64,000 nt of DNA from Octopus bimaculoides (lineage: Eukaryota): positions 4,738,936 to 4,802,935 of the forward strand of contig NC_068997.1 in the NCBI RefSeq assembly GCF_001194135.2. Reading direction: 5' to 3'. The translations under genes and the position numbers were made by a program. The notes under the pieces were generated by a model that searched no databases, was not told the DNA's origin, and worked only from the letters and a program-made list of their open reading frames with translations. Of the stretch, positions 48,155 through 61,050 are shown one piece after another; position 1 is the stretch's first letter, and each line of letters starts with the position of its first letter.

Positions 48155-51100
48155 ACACACACACACACACACACACACACCACTATGGTGACAATCTGTA
48201 GTGTATTGTTGTCAGTACTATATACTCAGTGTGTGTATTTATTTTGTACTATTTACACAGTGTGTGTGTGTGTGTGTGTGTGTGTTATTCTTATACAAGA
48301 ATGTTGTTGACTGTGACTTTGAAGCTTTGGCCAGCTAAGAATAATAAATTTGTACTCTTAAAAGTATAGTGTAATCCATCAGGTTAATGTAAAATTGTTT
48401 TTATTACAACTGAACATAAAAACAAAACATTAATATATATATTTAATCTTTACTACATACATACACACATCCACAATGTTTGTGTGTTACTCCTGGAATA
48501 TACTCAGCGTACTGTGCCCTTCTGTGTTATAGTATGTTCAGTGCTTGTTAAATGATTGTTTTAATGCTGTGGTCCTAATTATAATTTGCTATAACATTTT
48601 GATAAGGCCCACACTGTTGAAGAAAGGTTACCCATGTCTGCTGCTATACTGCCTCTCTTCTCATGTATAGGTCTATGTGAGGTATCTTATTTATTATCTT
48701 ATTTATTATCTTATTTATTATCTTATTTATTATCTGTATCTTCTTGCATAAATGCCATGGTATGAACAGTTTGTCTTGATAATTTCTGCTGGACAGTCTA
48801 TTCTCACTGTTAACCTGGGTTCTGTCTTAAATACCACTTCACCATTCTTCAGGTCATTCTGCTATTAACAGAGCCACAAAGACAATTCCACCCCAACAAC
48901 ACTGCTGCTCTCTAATTGTCCAGCTGTTTATTCAGATTTCTCACTTTCTACATGTCCATATATATTATATAACCAGTCAGTAACATCTATCATTTGTATT
49001 GTTGTTTAAGCACTACCTTTGTGTATGTGTGTATTCAAGAGAGAAAGAGAGAGAGAGAATTTGTGTGTATGTGTGTGCACCAGATTGTGTACATTATATA
49101 CTGACATACATGGAGGTGTGCATATGGATGTATATATTTCTGCTCTTAAGTATATGCAGTTGTGTGTGTGTGTGTGTGTGTGTGTGTATTTATATATAAT
49201 ATATATTCTTTTATTCTTTTATACGTTTCAGCCCTAAGGCTGTGTATACACACATACTCACACCCCCTTTGTATATGTACTTGTATATATTTGATTGTGC
49301 TCTTATGTATGTGTGTGTGTATGTATATATATATATGAGTTTCTTGTTCCACATGAGTAAAAGTATATGTATGTGAATGCATATGTATGTATAAGTGTGA
49401 AAGAGAGTGACAGGCTGATTCTGTTCCAGCATACAGATAAATGTGTGTGTGTGTGTGTGTGTGTGTAAATATATAGTATTTTATGTGTGAATTGGTTTCT
49501 ATCTTAAAACAGTCACTTTTCTTTGTAGTCTTTGGGTGTTGGGTGTTTTTTATAAACCACACCTTTAATTCTTTTCACCTCACCTGTTGTTATACGCACA
49601 CTCACATGTGTTTACATACCTCTGTACATCTACACATACAAATACACGCGTACATACACACACACACATGTATACCCACATGTGCTTACCTAACAAGCTT
49701 AAATTGAATTCCATGGAGAACTGAGCCTTTCTATCCCATCATGCTTCATTGCTTTGTTTTTTGGCCCTTTTTTTATGGTTTAATCAGGGTCTCTGATACT
49801 GGTAATAGGAGAGGAAATTATTCTCATGAAATTATTCTAAGACATGAACTGGTGTGAATGTTTGTGACAACGCAGACTCTGCTGGAACCTCCAGAGACCA
49901 GGTGGTGGTGCTAAACAGGGTGATGGAGAAAGTCTACCACCTAAAAAACAGGACCACCCTGTTTCCATGGATCAAATTTCATTCATAGAGCTCTGGTCGA
50001 CTCTAAACTATGGCAGAAGACAGTTGTTGAGGCATGACAGAGCAGAATCAAACCTAGAGTCGTTCAGTTGCACTGTAAGCTCTTTAACCACGTAGCCATG
50101 AATCTATAATTAGAGAATGGTAAATTTTTGTTGCTTATTGATTTAATCAATCTTTTATATCTAACACTCAGTAAATTTGAATGAGTTGAGATATCAACAG
50201 GAGAGAAGAACCCTGCAGTTTAGAACCAAGCTCTCTGTCAGAGAGAGTGAGGGATGAGAGAGAAGGATTTTCTGTCTCTAATGAAGATCTTGATCTTAAA
50301 ACATCAAGATTCTTGTCTCTCCACTGCATAGAAACCTTGTAAAATAAATTTTCCCAACTCACACCACTGCTGTTAGTTTTCACAAACACAGTTTTATTTG
50401 CTATTACCTTACAGAGGTTTTTTTAAGAAATTTTTTGTCTTAAATAGAAATAAATTTCACTCATGAATACCTTGCGTGTGCACACACACACACACACACA
50501 CATGCTGACATACTAATGCCCACATGTATTCTTCCCTACTTTAACACTACAACTTGATTTTAATTGCCTCTCATATGTAAATTTTGAAACGGAGCTATTT
50601 AAAATTCAACTTAGTGTATATAAAATGAATGAAAATCAATAGAATTTTAATGTTGGTCGATGTCTTTCAAGACAGACAGGTATTGCTTGCATGCTGTCCC
50701 CTTAAGTTCTGCATCTGTTACCATGAAATATTAGAAGCCTCACAGTTTCCAATAACTTCAAAATTTCTCTAAATATTGATCTCCTCTTTCTTTGGACACT
50801 AAATATTGGCTTTATTTTATTTCTATTTTTATTGACTTTATTTATATTTTTGTTTTGTTTAAATTTTTTATTTACTCTTTTCTACTTTTGTTCATTTTAC
50901 TTCATGATTCATTTTCTTTATTTTTACTATATTTCATTTTGTTTTATTTTGTTCTAAATTCAATTCTCAAGTCATAAATAGAATATTTCGATTTGCATTT
51001 TCTTGTGAAATGAAAGAATATATATTTTTATATCCAGATATGTGTGTGTATATATATATGTATCATGTGTGTATCATATTGTGTGTTGTGTATGTCTGTG

Positions 51101-51750
51101 TGTGTGTGTTGTGCATGAATTGAGAATGTAAATTTTTGTGTGAACTGTGTCTATGTATGGTAGTTTGTATTATGCTGCAGTGAATGTTAAAACATGTCAG
51201 TGTGTATATAGTATATATGCTTGTGCGTGTGTGTGTGTGCGTGTGTGTGTTGTGAGAGAAAAAGAGAATGTGTATTATTTACACCTGAGATAGTTTTATA
51301 TTTAATTCTCTGCTAACTAAAAGTGTATATACATGAGAGTAAGACAGAGGGAGGGAGTCCCCTAATCTATTGTATTGTATGAGCAGTTCACGAAGGTCTT
51401 ACCTTCATGGTATAAGACAGGCTATCAAAACCCTTTTTTTTTATAAGGATGGGCATGTGAGTGAACTTAAATCTGAAGTAGGTGGTGGTAGGTTTGTCAG
51501 CACTGATCCAAGGAGATATCTCCCATCTACACTACTTAAATATATCAGAAACTAGCACTTGAAATATTAACCAGATCTCCCTCCAATCACCATATAACTG
51601 TCTTTAAAAAATATAAACAGACACTTTAGATAATGTAGTCCTAGGTACCCTATATCTGAAATAAAGACTGTGGTTAGACATATCTAGAACACCTTTGTTT
51701 ATAGCTCTGCGCATGCAATGACCTGAGATTAACAACAAGATAATTATACT

Positions 51751-51781
<31 letters not shown>

Positions 51782-52057
51782 TTTCTTTTATTCTTTTACT
51801 TGTTTCAGCCATATGACTGTAGCCATGCTGAAGCACCACATAGAAGGATTTTAGTTGAAGAAATCAACCCCAGAACTTATGTTTTTTTTTTTAAACCTAG
51901 TACTTATTCTATCGATTTCCTTTGCTAAACCTCTAGTTACAGGGACGTAAACACACCAACGCCAGTTGTCAAGTGGTGATGGGGGTTGGACAAACACAGA
52001 CACAAAGACACATGTACATAGATATATACATACATACATACATACATACATACACAC

Positions 52058-52102
<45 letters not shown>

Positions 52103-52271
52103 ATGGGCTTTTTTCAATTTCTGTCTACCAGATCCACTCACAAGGCTTTGGTTGGCCCAAGGCTATAGTAGAAGACACTTGTCCAAAGTACCATGCAGTG
52201 GGACTGAACCCGGAACCATGTGGTTGAGAAGTAAGCTTCTTATCATGCAGTCACGTACACACACACACACA

Positions 52272-53390
52272 CAGGGTATTCCAAAAATATGTATGCACCA
52301 TTAAATGATTGTAAAGTCAGTATTTATCAAAATACATTTCATTTTCAAAATTTAATAGAAACTAGAGACATAACTTTTTATTCTTTTATAAATGCCTGTT
52401 TTCAAAATGATGAAGATTCAATATTTGTGTGCATTCTCATTCAATAGTTGCCTTCAATTTGTTGACTGTTGCTGGTTTTGTACCATAAACTTTTATTTTT
52501 CAAATATCTCTATAATAAAAAAAAAAAAAAGTCTAGTGGTGTAAGAACCAGTGAACACAGTTGGTATTTTACTGAATCTCTTCATCCAATCTACTGTTTT
52601 TGCAAAATCTCAGCTAGGTAGGCCCTTACAATGTTGTAGCGTCGAGACACCTCGTCTTGCTGGAAATAAAATTCTGCATTTTCAAAGTCCTCTTAAAATG
52701 CATGGCATGACAGATTGTTGCAGCAAGTTCAAGAAAATGGGGACAGTCACAGTACCATCAAAAAGAATGGTCCAATTAATCCTTTTTTAAAGTTAAGCCA
52801 CACCAAACTGTAACTCCTGATACATTAACATGATGTTCTTCCACAATGTGCAGATTCTCAGGAACCTGTTAGTTGCAACTATGATGGTTAATTGAGCCAT
52901 TTAATATTAATGAGCCTCGTCACTCCAAACAACCTTCTGCATCTTCAACACATCTTGTCAAGTACCCCTCACAAACCTCCACTCTTCAGTCTGATTCATT
53001 TTCATTGAATATGTGGACAGTTCTTGGAGTGTGTCTTTTTCAATAATTCAAAATGCAATGTATGCTTGATTTTGAAATTTCTCTCATGACTTCCTTACCA
53101 CATAGATTTTTTTAGATTTCAGGAATATGTTTCTTATATCCTCTTTTGCTTCGTGGTGGTTCATTGATGTCCACAGTCTTCTGAAACATTTCTTGTGAAC
53201 ATTCTAAACAGTTCCATCTACTTCAAATTTATCTGAAATTTGAGTGATGGTTAGTCACATAGGTGAATCTGTTTGAAACTCACTCTTGAACTGTCTTTGC
53301 ACTTCAATTGTATTTTAAAATTTCTAGTAGCACTTTAGGCAAAATATTCTCTGTTCAAAGCTTAGGCTTGTTCCCTTCATTATTTAATCC
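52272..53390 (-). mobile_element. Decayed Tc1/mariner transposon (DUF4817-like N-terminus)
   Basis: Minus-strand EQRIFCLKCY..NTIEVQRQFKSEF, GVTVWCGL, GLIGPFFFDGTVT, FYFQQD, LTPLDFF, KNKVYGTKPATVNKLKATI. Terminal CAGGGTATTCC at 52272. Confidence 0.75.
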
Positions 53391-54687
53391 GTTATCTTTT
53401 ACTTGTTTCAATCATTTGACTTCAGCCATGCTCGGTCACCATCTTGAAGGGTTTTAATCGAACAAATAACCCCAGCAGTTATTTTTTTAAATCCTGATAC
53501 TTGTTTATTGGTTACTTTTGCTGAACCACTAGGTTACAGGGACATAAACACACCAACTCCAGTTGGTGAGAAGACATGGTGAGGAGATGAACACAGGCAT
53601 AAACGCACACATGCATAGATATACGCATACATATATATATCATCATCCACATCATTTAACAACTACTTTTCCATGCTTGCATGAGGTGGAAAGAGTTTAT
53701 TGATGCAGATTTTCTATGGCCAAATGTCCTTCCTGTTACCAACCCTCATCTGTTTCCAAACAAAGTAATATTACCCCATGACTAGACATGTCTTCACAGA
53801 ATATTTGAAATGAATAATACAACTTGTATAACAGTGACTCTCATTTACAACAAACACTCAATGTCAAGGAGATACAACACTTGCAACCACACACACACAC
53901 ACACACTGTATGACATGCTCCTTTCATTTTCTGCCTACCAAATCCTCTTGCAGGACTTTGATTAGCTTGGGGCTATAGACACTTGCCCAAGGTATCATGC
54001 ATTGGAACTAACTTGAAACATGATGGTTGAGAATCAAACTTCTTAGCGCACAGCCATTCCTGCTTCTGTTTATATATTTGTGTTTATATTTACTCACACC
54101 CACATAATAGAAAATAAACAAGGCACCTTTTCTTTGTTCACTTAAAGTGCTAAGCCATCTTAAAGAAGGAATCCAAATCAGATAAAGTTTTTAATCATAA
54201 GGTCTGTAGGGTCAAGACTGGCCTGGGGCTAAATGACAACAATGGAATATTTTGCGTTCATTTTTTTTTTTGTTTGTGACAAATATAAATGTCCAATATT
54301 ACATAAAATCCATATTGTTGTCATTGATCAGCTCCTGATCCATCAGGCCTATGATAAAATATATTCTGCCTATAACTCTTACATCTTTTTTTTTCTGATA
54401 CAGTGCAGCTAGAACCACATTTAATGTGTCCTTTTTTTTTAAAGTTGGTAGCATGATTTGATAGGGATTTTGTTGCTATATCTAGCAGGTTGGGTGACTG
54501 TATAAGGCCACTCACCCTGCTAAAATCTGTGAAACCATTGGTAGGACAGATGAATGGTTGGCCTTCCTGGTTTAAACAGACAGAGGCTTTATTGTAGGTT
54601 CAAAAGGGAGAAGGAGCTTAAACCACATGTGTTTAGCTGTATATTTGTGAGTGTGTGTGTTTGTGTTTCTGTATTTATATATTATCA

Positions 54688-54999
54688 TGGCTTAGTGGTT
54701 AGGGTATTCAGCACATGATCGTAAGGTCATGTGTTCAAAAACCAGCTCTGCATTATGTCCTTGAGCAAGACACTTAATTTTACGTTGCTTCAGTCCACTC
54801 AGCTGCTACAATGAGTTGTACCTATAATTCAAAGGGCCAGCCTTGTCACTTTCGGTGTGACACTGAATCTCTATGACAACTACATTAAGGATACATGCGT
54901 CTGTAAAGTGCCCAGCCACTTTCACACTAATTTCACAAGCAGGCTGTTCCATTGATCGGATCAACTGGAACCCTTGTCATGGTAACCAATGGAGTGCCA
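54688..54999 (+). mobile_element. tRNA/CORE-type SINE
   Basis: Head ggcttagtggttagggtattc, CORE-like tgtccttgagcaagacactt, and a tail matching 28558-28760. A related head occurs at ~57030-57315. Confidence 0.75.
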
Positions 55000-55432
55000 T
55001 GCTGGCATGGGTTGATGGTTTGACAGGATCTGAGAAGTCAGAAAACTGCACCATGCAATAGTGTTTTCTTTGGCGGGATTTCTAAAACTGGATGCCCTTC
55101 CGAATGTCAGCCAATTTACAATGTTCTGGGTAGATTTTTTTCATGATACTGCACTACTGATGATCACTTCATAACTTGCAATGCATATCTACATATGTGT
55201 GTGTATGTGTCTCTGTGTATGTATATAAATATATAGAGGTATGTGTATATGTACACACATGTATGTATACGTGTACGTACATACATACACACACATGGAA
55301 TAGGTGCAGGTATCACTGTGTGGTTAAGTTTACTTCCCAACCACATATTTGCAGGTTCAGTCCCACAACATGGTACCTTGGGAAAGTGTCTTCTACTACA
55401 GCCCCAGTCCCTGTGTGCATATNNNNNNNNNN

Positions 55433-56551
55433 TGAAAATAACACTGACATCTCATTTTAACAGATATATTTACCAAAACTGCATAAAAATATGTTGAAAT
55501 ACTAAAGAGTAACTTTATTCAATAAAATCATCATTGGCTTCAACCATGACCTCCAGATGACTTCAGAATCTCCTGCAACTCTTCTGGATGGTCTCTTTGC
55601 CTTCAGTTCATCTTTGGTGTTACAAGGAGTTTTGTTGGTCTCTCACATGACTGGGTTCTCCTGCTTGTGTGGCATGGTGCAGAGTCCTCTTGCCAGGCAT
55701 AGGGTCTTCTAGCAGCCACCCTCTTGACCCAGGGCAGCGCTACCTCTTCCAGGCACTTGATGTAGGCCTCCATGTTGAGTCTGAGGCCATGTTGGAAGAT
55801 GAATGGAGGCATAACATCACTAGTGATCACACAAAACACCATGATGTTGACTGAATATTTGATTTTTATCACTCTTGGTACATGTTTTGGGGATATGGCA
55901 AGCCAACGGTTGTGTTTTACCATCTGATCCTGGCAGAATTTTTTCTTGTCTGAGAAAAGCCAAAGCATGTTTGGTTGGAGGGGTTGCTTGAGTTTGTTCA
56001 AAAGCTTTGTCGCATGGTCTTTCCTCTTGTTTTTGATGGCTTGGGATAAAAAATTGGCCCTTTTTCATCTTGTATGAGGAATTCTGAATGTCTTCATGCA
56101 CTGCCTGCCTGATAAAAAACTCAGACACTCCCATGTCCCTGGCAATGGACCTGATTGACTTGGAGGGATCGTTGGCAATCATGGCCTGGATCTCACCAAC
56201 AAATTCAGGAGTTCTTTTCTCATCAGAACAATCAGATTGAGTTTTCTGAGCTACCGTACCTTCGTAATCACCATTAGACTCATCCAAATCTTTTTGAATC
56301 CTCTGTACTGTCCTCAGACTGACACCGAAACACTGAAATGTTTGTATTGGAACTTCTGGCACGAATGCCAATCAGTATAGCATGTCATTTCCAAATTTCT
56401 GGCAGAGTGAACTGTGTCATGGTGGTGTTTTTCTCATAGACAGTTCCCAACTGACACTACTATATTGTGTCATCGACAAAATCAAACACAAACAATGTGC
56501 ATGCATGAAATTAAAAATACAAAATGGCGACAATTTACCCATCACACCCTG
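55433..56551 (-). mobile_element. Tc1/mariner transposon (maT/DD37D-like), frameshifted and internally deleted
   Basis: HTH region (SKSIRSIARDMGVSEFFIRQAVHED), WLFSD, VNIMVFCVITSD, WQEDSAPCHTSRRTQ. The segment holding the third catalytic residue is missing. C-terminus reads HLEVMVEANDDFIE*. Terminus TA|CAGGGTGTGATGGG at 56551; the other TIR falls in or near a gap. Confidence 0.85.
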
Positions 56552-56567
56552 TATGTGCATATATATC

Positions 56568-56599
<32 letters not shown>

Positions 56600-56628
56600 G
56601 TATTGGGGGCAATGTACAGATTTAATAC

Positions 56629-56948
56629 ATATGAAAGAAAAAAGCGTTCAGAATGCTGGATGGTTGTATATAAAAAAATATATATATTTATTTACATATC
56701 ACATATTGTTTCTTCAAATCCTATTTAATCACAAATTTAAGTGCTTTCAACTACTGCTGTAGTTTCATCAGAAATGTAAGTTTGCAGAGTTTTGTCTGTT
56801 TTTATATTATTGGTGAATAGAAACTACAGTAGTAGTTGAAAGCGCTTAAGTATGTAATTAAATATGATTTGAAGAAACAATATGTGATATGTAAATAAAT
56901 ATATATATTTTTTTATATACAACCATCCAGCATTCTGAACGCTTTTTC

Positions 56949-56955
<7 letters not shown>
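56629..56955. mobile_element. Fold-back element with ~135 bp arms next to (TA)n; arms start at a hammerhead GAAAC/stem III remnant
   Basis: 56629-56766 is the reverse complement of 56820-56955 with few mismatches. The arm reads GAAA-CUAC(agya)GUAG-U-U-GAAAG. Confidence 0.85.
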
Positions 56956-57005
<50 letters not shown>

Positions 57006-59302
57006 ATATATACAATGAGGGTACATGGGCTATTGGTTAGGGTGTTGCACTCATGATTACAAAATCATGGTTTCAATTCCTAGACCAAGTGATGCATTGT
57101 GTTCTTGAGCAAAACACTTCATCTCACATTGTTCTGTGATCACATCAACACCTGACGCATGGTACTCTGTACACCTGTTCAGCCAATGTCAATTTGGTGG
57201 AAAGAGTGAGTTAATGTGCAGCACAAACATTTCATCACTATAACGAAATTATTTGTGCAGGTCATTCAACAAAAACTGAACGCTCATGCATCATCTTCAA
57301 CAGGAGAGTCCATCATATACACACACATACATACACACATTCATATATACATTATGTTCATGTGTGTATGAGATGTATAACATATTGTGTATTATCTAAT
57401 CGTGTAATGTCAGTTGATAGTTTTCTTTAAAATCTTAGTGTGTGGTGGTGATGATGGTGGTAGTGGTGGTAGTGGTTGCAGTAGTAGTGGTTAGGAATGA
57501 CATATGCATCGTTCTCATGTTCTCCTATGTACTTCGTTCCTCACATTCACATCAGCTAGTGGAGCAAAAGCACATAAGCTTGAAACATCGAAGACTTTCA
57601 TTTTTCCTGAGCATCAAACTAAAACAACCTGTTTGTTGTTCTTTCACCTGTCTCTGTTTTTTTGTATATGTTTTGTCTATTTTTGAACCACATATAATAT
57701 ACACTCACATGGTCACCCAAGTTTCATCCTGCCAGACTGAACCCCTTCTTCTCTCAGGCTCCCATCTCTTTTCCAATATCCTTTTCAGACTTTTGTTACC
57801 TCTCCAGAACCACTTTACCACCACTCCACCCACATTACCTTTGGAACTTTGTACTTCTCAACTTCTACTATCATATTTCTTATTGTATACTATTGTTTAC
57901 TTGTTTAATACTTGGTTGCCTCTGATAATTGATTCCTCTCACATTACTATGTTCAGTGAAATGGAAAATATGTGTGTGTGTGTGTGTGTATTGTTTGTTT
58001 TTATGTTCAGTTATAATAATAAAAACAATTTTACATTAATCTATTCAGTTACTCTATACTTCTGTAGAGTACAAATTTGTTAACAACATTCTCGTTTGAG
58101 AATTAGAGAGAGAGAGAGAGAGAGAAAGAGAAACAGATAGATTTGTTGTGTATATCTTTTGATCTTTTGCTTGTTTCAGCCATTTGACTGCGGCCATGCT
58201 GGAACACCACCTTTAGTCAAACAAATCGACCCCAGGACTTATTTTTTGTAAGCCTGGTACTCATTTTACCAGTGTTTTTTGCCAAACCACTTAGTTATGG
58301 GGTTGTAAACACACCAACATCAGTTGTCAAGCAATGGTGTGGGGGGAGGGAGGGCAAACACATACACATCCANNNNNNNNNNNNNNNNNNNNNNNNNNNN
58401 NNNNNNNNNNNNNNNNNNNNNNNNNNNNNNNNNNNNNNNNNNNNNNNNNNNNNNNNNNNNNNNNNNNNNNNNNNNNNNNNNNNNNNNNNNNNNNNNNNNN
58501 NNNNNNNNNNNNNNNNNNNNNNNNNNNNNNNNNNNNNNNNNNNNNNNNNNNNNNNNNNNNNNNNNNNNNNNNNNNNNNNNNNNNNNNNNNNNNNNNNNNN
58601 NNNNNNNNNNNNNNTATATATATATATATATATACATACATACAATGGGCTTCTTCCACTCACAAAGCTTTGATCAGCCCAAGGCTATAGTAGAAGACAA
58701 TTGCCCAAGGTGCCACACAGCAGGACTGAACCCGGAACCATGTGGTTGGGAAGTAAGCTTCTTACCACACAGCCACCCCTATGTATGTGTGTGCATGTAT
58801 ATATAAAAATGATTCAAGGACCAAGAGTTTGTTGCAGATATTGAAGCAGTATTTGGTGACTGTATTGATTGGGAAAGTGTTGTGAAAAATATGGAAAGTA
58901 GGGTTTTTTTTTTTTTAATGCTTTTGAAATCACTTCATTCCATAACCTTGAAAATGTTGGGGTCTTGATGTTGGGTGGGGTGTAATTAGTTATATTGATA
59001 TCTTGGTTTGAAGCAAAAACATCGATGTCAACAATACTATTGCTAACAGAATTGGCATGTATAATATTTACTCTGGTATACACCAGAGTAAATATAACAG
59101 GAAGACTGGAGAGAGAACCCCATAGTGATATTGCAGAAGAGCAAGTAAAAAGTATCTCTATTATAGCTACCTCCTTCTTTGCCATGCACAAAATAAAATC
59201 TGTAAGATTTATCAAACATCAATATGTTTGTTGGATAGATAGATAGATAGATAGATAGATAAACAAAATGTTAGCATCAAGCAGTGTTTAGGCATAAGTA
59301 TA

Positions 59303-59496
59303 ATTTAGGTTAGTTAAAATATATTCAACTGCTAAAAGATAAATTCACTGCAGTTACCGTGAACAAAATATCTCTCTTATGGTAAAAAGGTGTGAAAATG
59401 TCTGGTTTGTTCAGTTTTCCATCTATCAGGAATCCCAGACATCAATGTTTCGAGTTTTTTGACTCTTGTCTAACCTAAATTTTAACTAACCTAAAT
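59303..59496. mobile_element. Small element bounded by perfect 18-bp inverted repeats
   Basis: ATTTAGGTTAGTTAAAAT (59303-59320) and ATTTTAACTAACCTAAAT (59479-59496). Confidence 0.5.
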
Positions 59497-59672
59497 CGAT
59501 GTGGACATAGGGCTAGATAAAGTGAGTGGACAGGTACATCCATGAGAGTGCAAAAGGAGAGTGTGAGATAGACGAAGGGAGGGGGTGTTATATGTGTTTA
59601 TATATGTATATATGTATGTGATCTGATCAATAAATATTCAGACTGTTACCATAGTAATGAAGCTAAAGCATG

Positions 59673-60404
59673 CAGAGTGAAGCTACTTGACAGATTTACC
59701 TTGAACTCTGCTGTGCATGCACATTAAGTTTTAACATTCTAGCTCACTTCCGCTGTTTACAGCAGTGTTTGGAAGGAAGGTGTGTAGTGTGTGATCATCG
59801 CATTGACCATGACAGAGAAAGATGAGCAAAGAATCTGCATCAAATTTTTCCAAAAGTTTGGGGATACCTGCTAATCAAGGAGATCTTGTGCAACTGAAAC
59901 CTGTGTCCTTTTGGTCAGCTAGAAGCAGTTTTTGCACAAATTTAGAAGACACATGTCTCATACCCAAATCTTCAGTGATAATGGATTGAACTGAACCATA
60001 ACTAATCTGCACATCCTCTGATAACTCACAGATGGTGATTCGACGATTTCCCCTCACATTTGCACGCACATCTGCAATGTTTTTCTCAGTTCTGTTGGCT
60101 GCAGGTCTCCCAGAACATTCATCAATATCGACATTTTTTCGGCCATCTTGGAAACATCTGAACCACTCATACACTTGTGTGCAGCTCATATACTCCTCTC
60201 AATACACTTTCTGCAACTTTGCATAGGCTTCTGAGCAGGTATCACCGTGCCAACTTTCTCTGTCATAGTCAATACAACGATCACACACTACACACATTCC
60301 TTCCAAGCACTGCTGTAAACAGCAGAAGTGAGCTAGAACATTAAAACTTAGCAAACATGCGCAGCAGATTTTAAGGCCAGTCTTTGCGAAGTGACTTCAC
60401 TCTG
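59673..60404. mobile_element. mariner-derived MITE with ~170-200 bp TIRs containing the transposase start
   Basis: Both ends begin CAGAGTGAAG (TA target at right, TG at left). The left arm reads MTEKDEQRICIKFFQKFGDTC on +. The interior on - reads MSCTQVYEWFRCFQDGRKNVDIDECSGRP...DLGMRHVSSKFVQKLL (mariner HTH). Confidence 0.85.
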
Positions 60405-61050
60405 TATTCATTATATTTTTTAATTAACCCTTTCTACACTTTCATCCTTGAAAGTTATGGAATTTTAATTTATATCTTGGACTATTATCTCGTTATTATA
60501 TTATAAGATAATAGATTATAATATAGAAATGTTTGTCATTAAGTTATTATTTCATTAAATCCTTTCATAATTCCTCATTGATTCTCTTCATAGGCTTTTG
60601 TGTGTGTGTGTGTGTGTGTGTGTCAATTGTCATATGAAGGAGAAAAAGATCCGTTCTGATCTGATTTCTAGAAGTAGTAATAATAATAGTAGTAGTAGTA
60701 GTAGTAATAATAATAATAATAATAGTAGTAGTAATAATAATAATAGTAGTAGTAGTAGTAGTAGTAGTAATTAATATTATTATTATTATATCTCTGCGTT
60801 CTGAGTTCAAATTCTACCGCAGTCAACTTTGCCTTCCATCCTTTCGGGGTCGATAAATTAAGTACCAGTGAAACACTGGAGTCGATGTATTCAACCAGTC
60901 CCCTCTCCTCAAATTTCAGGCCTTGTACCTTTAGTAGAAAGGATTATTATTATGATTATTATTATTATTATCATCATCACCACCACCACCACCACCACCA
61001 TCATCATCATCATCCTCATCATCATCATCATCATCATCGTTATTATTATT

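Noticed and set aside
2699-58806. Long ORFs in the track containing X runs or YIYI/HTHT/CVCV repeats
   Set aside because: They read through N gaps and dinucleotide microsatellites, so they are not coding evidence.
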